From Chara braunii (taxonomy: Eukaryota; Plantae; Charophyceae): 64,000 bases of DNA. The notes under the pieces are model-generated. The model did not search any database, was not told where the DNA came from, and worked only from the letters and a program-made list of their open reading frames with translations. Shown here one piece after another: positions 35,301 through 44,924 of the stretch. Both the position numbers and the translations under genes were made by a program. The number at the start of each line of letters is the position of its first letter. Position 1 is the stretch's first letter. The DNA is taken from positions 1,232,031-1,296,030 of the forward strand of contig BFEA01000003.1 in NCBI GenBank assembly GCA_003427395.1. Direction: 5' to 3'.

Positions 35301-38096
35301 TATGCTTCGACTGGGAAAACGTCGTTGACTCCTTCACAGAATGGGCGACCGGATGCGATGATGCCACCTGGCTTCCAGCGGGATGTGTGGCAGGACTGGA
35401 GATATCCCAGCACGCCGATCGCCGAACGGAATAGTACTGTCTCGGTCGGTACCGGGTGGGAGGACCCTTTTGCTACCCCGGAAGCCATCCAATCAGATCG
35501 CTTGACCACGGACTTCACCAGTAGCTGTACGAGCGCACGCGGCAGTCCACGTGACAGTCCACGTGGCAGTCCACATGGCGGTGTTGAGGAGGGGGGGAAT
35601 TTGTCGTATTCCAGAGGGGTCTCGCTGTTGCCAAGCAAAATGGTGGCATGCGCTGACGACAGGTGGATGGAGCAAGATAACCACGCCCGTCCCGAGATCA
35701 TCAGGATGGATGCTGTCGATGGTGGTGTGCACGACTGCATTGTTGAAGACGATGAGGACACGATGGCGCAGGATGATTATCACTGTGTGCCGAGCGAAGG
35801 CCATCAGGATGGGAGTGGCTGGGGGGCAGCTGCTGCACACTTCGAACGAGATGACACATGGCAGCTGCGTAGCTGCTCTGCGCCAACGGCAGATAGTGAA
35901 ACTGTCGACGGTGGGAAAACTGCGGACGAAAGCGTGCCATCGGATGGCCTGAAGGAGGCGGTCTGGGCAGAAGGCGAAGCATTTGGCGGAGGTGATCGAT
36001 GTGATGCCACCTCATCTGATGATGACAAGGCTGGGTGTCGAGGCTATGACGACAGCAGCGACAGCAGCGAGGTCGTTGCCATGTCGTCCCCATCATTATC
36101 ATCATCATGGTCGACGCCAGCATCTGCCTCAGCAGCATCGTCACCACGGCAGTCGTCTTCGGAGAGTGAACCTGCTGCCTTAGGGAGGACAGACAGATGG
36201 CAACGTGTACAGTGTCTAGCGCAGTCGGCATCTGATCGTCTTCGTCGGCATGACGTGCAGTTGAGGACGGAGCTCTCGCGGCGAACCGATCGCAGGATCG
36301 AGCCCAACGCTCGCCAAGAGACAATGAAGAAGCCATCGCCATCCCTAGGTCTCATCGAAGAAGCAAAGATCGCATTGGTCAGTGCAGCAGATGTGCAGCA
36401 GGCAGACGAGAATCACTGGTCAACTGATCAGTTTTGCGGCTCTGAGAAGGGAGGAGTCACCACTGAATCTCCTCCTCCTCCTCGTGTGGGAGTTCTCTCT
36501 GCCGACTCTGCGGCGGCAGTGGCAGTGCTCCTGCGCTGTGTGGGCCGAGAGGTGTCGAGCTCGGAGTCATTCTTTTCTGCCTTTTCGTGCCAAGGTTGGG
36601 AAATCCAATCCCCGATTGATTACAGAATCACTTCCGATCCCGATCCCAATCCCGTCTGCTTGCCACCTGGCAGCCCTTCGTCTGGCACACAGGCATACGA
36701 TCCCGATGCTGACATGTTCAAGCAATCATGCTCAGACTTCGCTGCAGGAGGCACACTTCACCAGACTCTTCGTTCCACGGAAACATCTGGTTCTGGATCT
36801 GCATCTGGATCTGCATCTGGATCTGGATCTGCATCTGGATCTGCATCTGGATCTGCATCTGCATCTGGATCTGGATCCTCGTGTTTGCACTTGCGAAGGC
36901 AAGCTCCCACTGCACCGACACGTGTAAGTGCTGCCGTTCAATCTGATTCGTTGGATCGCGCCACCTCGGCATCGTTGGCTAGCCTGCCTCGTAAACCCGC
37001 GTTCTCTCCATTAGCTCCGCTGGCCAGCTCCTGGGGGGGGGGGATGGGAAGCACAGAGCGTGCGCCCGGACCGGGACTCGACTTGCCTCTCGTCGGCAAG
37101 GAGTCTGCTGTGGTGGTACTGCCTTTGCTGCACGGAGATCCTGATCCCGACCCTGACTCGGAGTCTGCGCAATCGCCTGTGACAAGGGGGTGGGAAACAG
37201 TTGCTGCTCCCAGCCCGCCAGAGGGAATTCTAAGTAACGACGGAGGTCTGAGGGACAGGAGGTCGTCATCGACTCTTCGGCGGCGTGAAGCTCTGCGGTT
37301 GTTTCTGAGCCTCGACGATGACGATTCTGACGATGATGGACCAGCAGTAGCAGCGGCAGGAGCAAACGTCGATGGCAGTGGTGACGACACATTGACAATG
37401 CGGATTGGTGAGTGCTACAGTGGTTTGACTACAATGGACTCGTTCTCCACGTCGTTGTCGCCATGTGGTTCGGATTACAGCCGCCGCCTTTCGGATTATA
37501 GCCGCCGCCGCCGCGATTGCCACGTGGATGATCCTCGTGACTCAGAGTTCTATGGGAATTGGACCATGATCGATGGATATGGAGAAGCTGATTCAGACAT
37601 GTGCGTCTCTCCGGTGTTGCCTTCTGGAGATGGCGGCGAAGGGGATTGTGTGTGTCGACCAGCAGTTTCCTGTGAAAGTGAGGAGGAGGAGAATAAGGTT
37701 GAAAGACCAAGAGAGAGAGAGGGGGAGGGAGAGGGAGAGGGAGAAGGAGAGCGGCGAAGCGAGCATGAGAGCTTGCAGAGCAGTTGGTTTCTGACAGATG
37801 CTGAAGATGTGATGATTAACGAGGATGGGCTGTCGCAAAAGCCTTCAAAATCTGCTCTGCAGTCTGGATACCTTTGCCCGGAAACAGTAGCTGAAGGCTC
37901 TGTCGGCGAAGACTCTGAGTCTGCGTGGGAGATGGTGTATGACGTCAGCGACTTCCGCCCCAACCTGTTGAAGCAATCTGCGAGTGGGAAAAATGACAGC
38001 AATTGCGAACCATCTGATGCCAGTTTCTTCGAAGAAGACGAGTGCCGCCCCCAGGAGCGGGCGATCGAGGAGCAGAACCTTTTTCGTTGGGGTTGA
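32325..38096 (+). CDS. Large single-exon protein (~1923 aa) with up to four divergent RRM-like domains and a long Ser/Gly/Asp/Glu-rich disordered C-terminal half; function unknown
   Basis: 5.9 kb stop-free frame in repeat-rich DNA. The first ATG (32325) has a good plant context (aagcATGGc); the ORF-track start at 32175 is GTG. Repeats inside the ORF keep the frame. RNP2/RNP1-like strings: RTVAVWNLP...YLYLSLET..GAKKAL and LWINFYGAELSIEDIQDQFDALG...YVDVQFLDMATTMEAYDTL. Confidence 0.8.
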   Translation: MADTACQRGGGHFTLPSSSHGGIPTMLNSGRLRGEGEVVGCPSSSSAWGSTTSAHHNSPPPPPPPPPFATSTGGGEEEVVGHSSPWASDSSAFRIPSPPPPPPPLCRRPHRTPGTDSAVLDSISLLQTETSLLFHYYRWNRTVAVWNLPTVLEDFLGIKQCHDHMIDWALTTIHRVIILGLSDDGSESVICTASGVRHRQQESDDESPSSSSSSNDLMPLHVVTKHDSGLLLPRHDLPSYLYLSLETFLYCCGAKKALLHFCRIHGIHGVPGIPDNLLSSSSSFSSSPSPSSSTSAAAAACVIAAAASGADADVAGWEGGSAGREGGDGGETSMMTPRWSSCADWVMERCSSDYAAAPFWRSWTASSILPPPYISRQSGLWINFYGAELSIEDIQDQFDALGVTGYTYIKLHYPGGYGRDGREMDAARPPYVDVQFLDMATTMEAYDTLRIGLCAEVVLRQQSVDEDRDGGGEDFNPLVQVWPNVPREAARSQILPALNAHAGGTRYNPSVKMEDWPRQSPSSTQSRSVGERWTRGGQAGGGGGSGSGGGGSDEKGVEVVFLSFDALRRCRGKEYVYEIESGGKEEEEKKKGFTTKAREHVACPGRGGGGGGGGKEEEKKKTGCTTKAREHVACPGRGVGGGGEQYCARILGGGGGGGGGGGEQYCARILGGPIFEDLVHCTLDSLDAGIERRELVKAIKRTCPGARPRGLSILTDYQQRGDTWQFCIDPMSALEINSQGGLQLPNNQQAPIHLTFWDNTYEWRQTYHKDYSNHRRAGGDKTKVGVSPIPIPTGACVHEESSKGGRKVMPATEANAAAMKYKCLVQIGKDMEEEEDKMKTKMKMEMAAIAAVDESERVGGMGVPETAATTRGGEVLKEEEIVPWQPCEGVTEERREREGEMKSPPARPCPPSSPGVVEQSFSKTAAFGGWEDAAEERGNAGGEGRITPTLTNNGTIDHNQSTRSRLPEKDMLDIMQRWPALFGPELQKGRAGYASTGKTSLTPSQNGRPDAMMPPGFQRDVWQDWRYPSTPIAERNSTVSVGTGWEDPFATPEAIQSDRLTTDFTSSCTSARGSPRDSPRGSPHGGVEEGGNLSYSRGVSLLPSKMVACADDRWMEQDNHARPEIIRMDAVDGGVHDCIVEDDEDTMAQDDYHCVPSEGHQDGSGWGAAAAHFERDDTWQLRSCSAPTADSETVDGGKTADESVPSDGLKEAVWAEGEAFGGGDRCDATSSDDDKAGCRGYDDSSDSSEVVAMSSPSLSSSWSTPASASAASSPRQSSSESEPAALGRTDRWQRVQCLAQSASDRLRRHDVQLRTELSRRTDRRIEPNARQETMKKPSPSLGLIEEAKIALVSAADVQQADENHWSTDQFCGSEKGGVTTESPPPPRVGVLSADSAAAVAVLLRCVGREVSSSESFFSAFSCQGWEIQSPIDYRITSDPDPNPVCLPPGSPSSGTQAYDPDADMFKQSCSDFAAGGTLHQTLRSTETSGSGSASGSASGSGSASGSASGSASASGSGSSCLHLRRQAPTAPTRVSAAVQSDSLDRATSASLASLPRKPAFSPLAPLASSWGGGMGSTERAPGPGLDLPLVGKESAVVVLPLLHGDPDPDPDSESAQSPVTRGWETVAAPSPPEGILSNDGGLRDRRSSSTLRRREALRLFLSLDDDDSDDDGPAVAAAGANVDGSGDDTLTMRIGECYSGLTTMDSFSTSLSPCGSDYSRRLSDYSRRRRDCHVDDPRDSEFYGNWTMIDGYGEADSDMCVSPVLPSGDGGEGDCVCRPAVSCESEEEENKVERPREREGEGEGEGEGERRSEHESLQSSWFLTDAEDVMINEDGLSQKPSKSALQSGYLCPETVAEGSVGEDSESAWEMVYDVSDFRPNLLKQSASGKNDSNCEPSDASFFEEDECRPQERAIEEQNLFRWG

Positions 38097-38176
38097 TGCA
38101 TGTAGCTGGACGTGATTGTTGGTTTCATTCTTACCTCTCTCGCAACGGGAGAGGGCGGGGTGGTGAAAGGTGAGTG

Positions 38177-38217
<41 letters not shown>

Positions 38218-39162
38218 TATTTCCTTTTTTTTTTTCTTCTGTGGCCGAAACGACACGGGCGTTTCGGGCAACGAGCTTCACGGCGACCCATCCCAGACCT
38301 GCCGCCCCCAGAAGCGAGCGATCGAGGAGCAGAACCTTTTTCGTTGGGGTTGATGCATGTAGCTGGACGTGATTGTTGGTTTCATTCTTACCTCTCTCGC
38401 AACGGGAGAGGGNNNNNNNNNNNNNNNNNNNNNNNNNNNNNNNNNNNNNNNNNNNNNNNNNNNNNNNNNNNNNNNNNNNNNNNNNNNNNNNNNNNNNNNN
38501 NNNNNNNNNNNNNNNNNNNNNNNNNNNNNNNNNNNNNNNNNNNNNNNNNNNNNNNNNNNNNNNNNNNNNNNNNNNNNNNNNNNNNNNNNNNNNNNNNNNN
38601 NNNNNNNNNNNNNNNNNNNNNNNNNNNNNNNNNNNNNNNNNNNNNNNNNNNNNNNNNNNNNNNNNNNNNNNNNNNNNNNNNNNNNNNNNNNNNNNNNNNN
38701 NNNNNNNNNNNNNNNNNNNNNNNNNNNNNNNNNNNNNNNNNNNNNNNNNNNNNNNNNNNNNNNNNNNNNNNNNNNNNNNNNNNNNNNNNNNNTTTTTTCC
38801 ATTCCTTATATCGTTGTTTGTGTGGAAGTCCAAAGACCACTCGTTTGTTAAGACCGCTGATTTCTGAAAACTACATTGTTTCTTCTTTGACTTCGGATTG
38901 CGCCCATTATCGTCATTCTACGGTGTGCTGCGAACCTGCTGCAGATGGCCAACCGGGGCAAGGTCCCAACTAGGACAGAGGATTGGATTGGACGGCTGAA
39001 TCTCCACAGGTTTGTGGGAAGGTGCAGAAAAACAGAGATCGACCTGCGTTTCTGCATCTGTGCTTGAAACATGACCAGATTCGGGAGCTTAATCCAATCC
39101 TCACCCCATTATCGTCATTCTATTCTACAGTGTGCTGCGAACTTGCTGCAGATGGCCATCCG

Positions 39163-39330
39163 GGGCAAGGTCCCAACTAGGAAAGAGGATTGGATTGGAC
39201 TGCGGAATCTGGACAGGTTTGTGGGAAGGTGCAGAAAATTGGAGATTGAGCTGCGTTTCTGCATCTGTGCTTAAAACATGACCAGATTCGGGAGCTTAAT
39301 CCAATCCTCTCTCTTAGTGGGGCCTCGCCC
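39163..39330. mobile_element. Harbinger-type MITE family E with CCG flanks; partial tandem duplicate ~38903-39105; relatives ~20930-21215, 28700-28832, 62326-62455
   Basis: CCG GGGCAAGGTCCCAACTAGG...CTTAGTGGGGCCTCGCCC CCG, palindromic interior. Confidence 0.8.
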
Positions 39331-39494
39331 CCGTCCTTGTGTGATTGCAAAGTCCTCTGATCTGTTCTGGAGATGAGTGATATAAAAACTCTGAAAAAGG
39401 GAGCAAAAAATTGAAAATTTTTAAATTTACAAAAAGAAAAAGAAAAGAAGAGAGGATGAAGAACCTGGTGTGAGGCTTTATGTGTTGGCGGGTT

Positions 39495-41712
39495 GGATAT
39501 TACGGAGGACTGGGGTGGGGTGGTTGGTATCCCGACCGGTGACCGGTATGAAAATTCCACTTTTGAGCACAGTGTCCTGGCTGGCTGTAGTGGTCAAGGG
39601 ACTAGGCTCTTGAGGCCGAGGTCGGTGGTTCGAATCCGTGCAAGGATGGAGGAGGACTTAGGCCTAGATGTACGGACCTATAACCGTTTTAGGCTTTACG
39701 CGATGGCGAGCCCAAAAAGTGGCTGCCTGTAAAAGAATGTGTCTAGCCCTAAGTGAAGACCACAACGTCAGAAAAAGGGCCCGCCGGATGAGAAGGTCGC
39801 TTGCCGCAGTTGGGAAGGTCGCTTGCTGCAGTTGGGTGGAGGTTGGACCCCAGGTTCTGTCACTAATCATCCCAGACCCGGGGTCCTTTTTCTGCGAGAA
39901 AAAGCGGCTGCCTGTCCTCGCGCTTTGTCACAGAGGCTGGGATCTAGACCCGGGCCAATAGGCAGCCCGGACTGCCTACCAGGGCCAGGGCTCGGCGTGC
40001 GGCCAGGTCAATACAGAGGAGGCCAGGCAGTCTACACATTTGGAGGCATTGGCTGCCAGCGCTATCTCTGCTCGAGAGAGTAGCGGCCACATAGAGCTCT
40101 GACGAGGAGGAGGAGGAGGAGGAGGAGGAGGAGGAGGAGAATGACCGTGGACTGCTGCTCCACCGGTGGCAGCCATAGCTTCGCTGGAGGGAAGTAGGGT
40201 GACGCTGTGTCTTTCCTGAAGGTGCTGCTGCCCACCAATAGTATGGAGCCACTGCTGTTCCCCACCTGGTAGATGTGAGCGCTCTTATCCCCACCGCAGC
40301 AGTGAGGAGTGGTGGTACTTCTCTGGTGGCGGCCAAGGAGAACTCAAGTGGGTAAGATGCTTCAGCATCATCTGGCAAGAGGGTTGTTAGAGAGAGGTGT
40401 GAGAGAGAGAGAGTAGTATGGTGTGTGAGAGAGTGGGAGAGTAGGAGAGTAGTTGGTGTAGGTGGACACGTGTACACTACTGGACATCATACTAGATTCT
40501 ATCGAGTATGGCAGGCGAGAAGTGCGGGCTTTCTTTGTCGAGCGACTTCATTGTTAAGTCTCGTCTCGCTCTGTGTGCTCTCAGCTGCGTAATTCTGCTT
40601 TCGATTGCGCTCAACTCAACACATACGCTTGTCCCTGCTATGTGCCTTTTGCAGCTGTGAAACTTTTGAGTTCTCTTTGATTGGTTCCTTGCACTGGGGA
40701 GAAAATCAGTCTGTGTTTGTGATCTTCTTTGCACTACCTTCTTCCCCCGATTACAGCATAGCAGCGTACGGTCATTTATAGCTGTATTTCAGTCTATATG
40801 TGGCAGCTATAATGACCGTACGTTGTAGTCGGGGGATTACCCCACCAGTCCCAAATATGATTAGATAACATCAGAGAGATCAGACAACCTTTTTTTTTTT
40901 TTTGTTTTTGCGGCTGTGTGCGCTGGCTCCATAATAGTCCATATACATTCTGGGGAGCGTCAGTCGGGTTTGATAGGGAAGGAAGTGTTTGAGTCAATAT
41001 TGCTCGATCGATCTCCGGGAAGGGGCGACCTGGATTCACCTCCCATCTCTTCTCAAGGGGAGGATGCTTGGGTGGTTAGGGGACGGGGTCTTCATGGGAG
41101 CCTGGATTAGGCCCTAGCTTCAGGGACACAGCCAATCTACGGGAAGGGGGCGACCTCGATTAACCTCCGATAAGAAGGCTGCTTGGGTGTTTAGGGGGGC
41201 TTTGTGGGCACCTGGATTAGGCGCTAGCATCAGGGACACACCCAGTCTTCGGGCAGGGCTGACCTCGATTAACCTCCCATCTCTTATCGAGAGGAGGATG
41301 CGTGGGTGGTTAGGGGAGGAGGGGGTCTTCATGGGAGCCTGGATTATGCCCTAGCTTCAGGGACACACCCCTTCCCTTCGGAAAGGGGCGACCTAGACCT
41401 TGATTAACCTCCGATCTCTTCACAAAGTGGGTCTGCTTTGGTGTTTAGGGGGCCTTCATGGTAGCCTGGGTTAAGCGCTAGCTTCTGGATCACACCTGAC
41501 CTCAGATTCGTCTACTGGCAATTGCCGCGATTGTGTATCGTGATGGTGCTTTTGAAAGGCTTGCATAGCAGCCCTTCTCTAAGAAGTACTTAGAATTGAA
41601 TCAATTGAAATTTGGAATTGAATTAATGGAATATTAAAGCCTTTTTTATTAAAGGTCTATGTTTTGTTGTGAGCAACCACTGAATGCTGCGAAAGGTCTG
41701 CCACCAGTGAAT

Positions 41713-41749
<37 letters not shown>

Positions 41750-41925
41750 ACATACCAATGGTTTTGGCTTCGGAGGCTGCAGTACTGAATACAATATTGT
41801 TTTCATAAGAAATTGAAAAATCATTTGCAAATTAGTAATTAGTAAATAGTAATTAGTAAATGGTAAATAGGAAATACTAAAATTACAGTTGCTTTTTCTG
41901 GCACTCTCAGGTCGTACGCACAGTA
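39495..41925 (+). mobile_element. Probable LTR-like region with a tRNA-like segment and a ~120-bp tandem array
   Basis: PPT-like GGAGGACTGGGGTGGGGTGG followed by TG, tRNA-like segment at 39574-39648, (GAG)n tract, four ~120-bp units at 41020-41500, and a ...CGCACA end. Boundaries uncertain. Confidence 0.35.
40735..40836. mobile_element. MITE family A copy, right end truncated
   Basis: TACCTTCTTCCCCCGA...ATAATGACCGTACGTTGTAGTCGGGGGA. Confidence 0.75.
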
Positions 41926-43479
41926 CCAATCTTCTGAACGTATCTTGTACTGTAATTATGGCCGTACATAGATGTATCTGGCCGCATTTCCATCCAGAAA
42001 CGAGTGAAAAGGTCCTACTGTAAGTATGCCCTCACTTCTCCACCACCGTGGCCCCATTCTCCCCCCCTCCTCCCAACCCCCCTCCCCCCAACCAGGGATA
42101 AGAAATGAAGAAAAGTTATGGAAACCATTGAAAGCACACTCATGTTGGAATATATTTATTTTTATTTATGGTAATTTAAATTTACCACTTTTATAAAAAA
42201 AAAATTCCCTTCTTCAGGCTTCTTGTTGAAAAAATGCACTGGGTGCATAACTCTGCGAAGTTACAAACATATTTGCGAGAAAAAAGGCAATAAAGAAAAG
42301 AGAAAAAAAGAGAAAAGAGAGAAGAAAAAAAAAAAAAGATGAAAAGAAAAGGCAAGGCGCGAGTAACATGTGGCGTGTTTTGCTCCCCCTGTGCGTTTTT
42401 TTGCCCAGGCTGGTAATCTGTGGCATGTGTGGTCCCCACCTGTTCTGTGCTGTTTGGATTGGGTGCAGCTGCAGAGTGGCTCACAGCCTGTGATTCTTTT
42501 TGTCAATTTGCTACTGCCCTCCCCCGGAAGAAAGAACGCGCCCTCCTCATTTTGACTGTGTATGGTACTGTACGGGAAAGGTCGCTTGTATACATCATTA
42601 ATCAAGGTGTGTTGCGTTCGGGGGAAGGCGGTAGTTGAGTTTCACCCAGCTTTATGCGTTCGGGGGAAGGCGGTCGTTGAGTTTCACCCAGCTTTATCGT
42701 CAACAGGCTCAACACAGTTTTGTGAAATTCACTTCCCAGTCCGGATACATGTCTTAGTTACTTCCCAGTCCGGATACATGTCATGGGTACTAGCATGCGT
42801 ATGTGTTCTTTTTTTGTTTTTGCCGCCTTCTTCTTTTTAAGCAGGGGGGCGCATACTGTAAATCCGGATGCACAGACATTACGAGTAGGGCCTAAATACT
42901 AAATAGTAGATAGGCACTCCATTTTAGGAATAACTAATCCATTTAGGAATTGTGAGTCGTCCTATTTTGGCGTTCTTGCTTTTGTAACGGTATCTGGAAA
43001 AAGGCACCTCAGTTGACGTGGCACGTAATTGAGGGGTGGGGTGGGGTTGGGGGGGGGGGGGGGGGGGGGATGGTACTCTGGACTGAGAGGTTATGGGGTA
43101 GAGATAGCAGCGCTAAGCTTTGGGCGATTAATGTGGCCCACGAAGCTTGGGAGGAGGTATTCATTTAAAGCACGCACACCGGCTAGCTTTTGTCTTGTGA
43201 GACTTGGGCATATATTTGTATTCAAACTCTTTTTTTTTCTGGCCTCATCTATGGCTGTACTTGCAGCCAGATTCCTCCACAAAAAGCCCCAGTGTGAGCA
43301 TGCTTGAGACTTTCTGACTGCATCTGCCCGTAATTACAGTCTCATTCGGCCACAAAATCTCCAATTGTGAGCATGCCCTCGATCAGCTTGTCAAGAAAGT
43401 TACTGCGGTGAATGCATTTCCCCAGTTGGCTCCTGCAGTGCATCCATCGAGGGCTGGTCGAGCTCCGCATGCGGCTGGG

Positions 43480-43555
<76 letters not shown>

Positions 43556-43652
43556 NTGGTGATTATTAGACCCCATCATCAACCGTCCGTTGCTCTCCTT
43601 CTTCTCCTCTCGTGGGCGCCATCACCCTCTCTCCCTAGTTTTGTGTCTTCAT

Positions 43653-43778
<126 letters not shown>

Positions 43779-44677
43779 CTGTGGGGCATACAGCTGCAAA
43801 GTGAGCATGCAAATGCACATTGAATGATAAAAGAGGAGAGAAAAAGTCGACGTACGTATTCTTGCCCAACCCTTCACCCTTCTTGCGAGCGAAACCACAC
43901 CAGGTCCTCTCATGCACTCTCAGTTACTGTGGCCCTGGGGACGAGTGTCTTAACCTGAGTACAACGCCCATCGGGTCAATACTGCTATATTTCTCAACTG
44001 AACGCTGCGACAAATACGCGGCTATAATGACCGGAGGCGATCTATTGGCGTGAAGACTGTACCCACCGATCGGGAAATTCTCGATTGCACGCCACGACCA
44101 GTGAGTGGTACGCGGTTAAGCCCGTGTGCTGGTTCCTTTTTTTCATCAAGCTATACTCACAGTTATGAAATCCTGACCTCTGCATTACCTCCCCTCCTTC
44201 CTCCCTTCCCGGCCCCTCCTCCTCCCTTCCCCTCCATGTAATAAGGGTAGATTTGACGGAATGACGTGGAGAAGTAGAGCGGCCTTGTGAGCGGCAATTC
44301 TTGCCAGAGTTTTTAGAGGCCACAGAGAGGGTTGGTGTGTCTGTCCATTTTTTGAGGTTTGGTAGACGCCAGGAACAAGGGTCCATTTCTGTCGTCCAGC
44401 CTCTGCCGGACGTCCGGCAGAGGCTCTGTAGACGCTGGGTGCAAGACTGCAAGTCCATTTTTGGGGGGAGTACCTGTGGTGCTGTTAGCTGTTAGCCTCC
44501 CTTTCTGGCCTCCAGCTGACCCAGTGATAGGGCCGTGCGTAAGGTAGTTTCAGGAGGAAGTGGTCGCCGACCACGGGCGGTTTAGACCGCCCGAACTTTT
44601 TTGTGTAATAGGATCCAAAGGGCGGGTCCTGCCCTCTGCATTCTCCATCGGCGAGCGGCGAGGGGTATCTGCGTGGT

Positions 44678-44904
44678 CTGTCTTCACCGGAATAGAACAC
44701 CCTGTAATTGGTAATGAGGGCTGTATCGAGACTCGAAAGTCGCCGTAATCAGTTTGGGCGTTCTTTTCGGTGGGAGAGGGTAGGTTGTGAATCCTACCGT
44801 CTTCACCCGAATAGAACGCCCGGTCATTATCGCTGCATCTGGACTGAAAGTTTGGGCCAAATGCCAGCTATAATGACTGCGCGTTCTATTCTAGGTGAAT
44901 CCTA
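44678..44904. mobile_element. Two adjacent MITE family A copies (a further degenerate copy at ~43925-44061)
   Basis: GTCTTCACC(C/G)GAATAGAAC starts at ~44680 and ~44799. Confidence 0.7.
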
Positions 44905-44924
44905 GATGGGAATAATAGAAGGGC

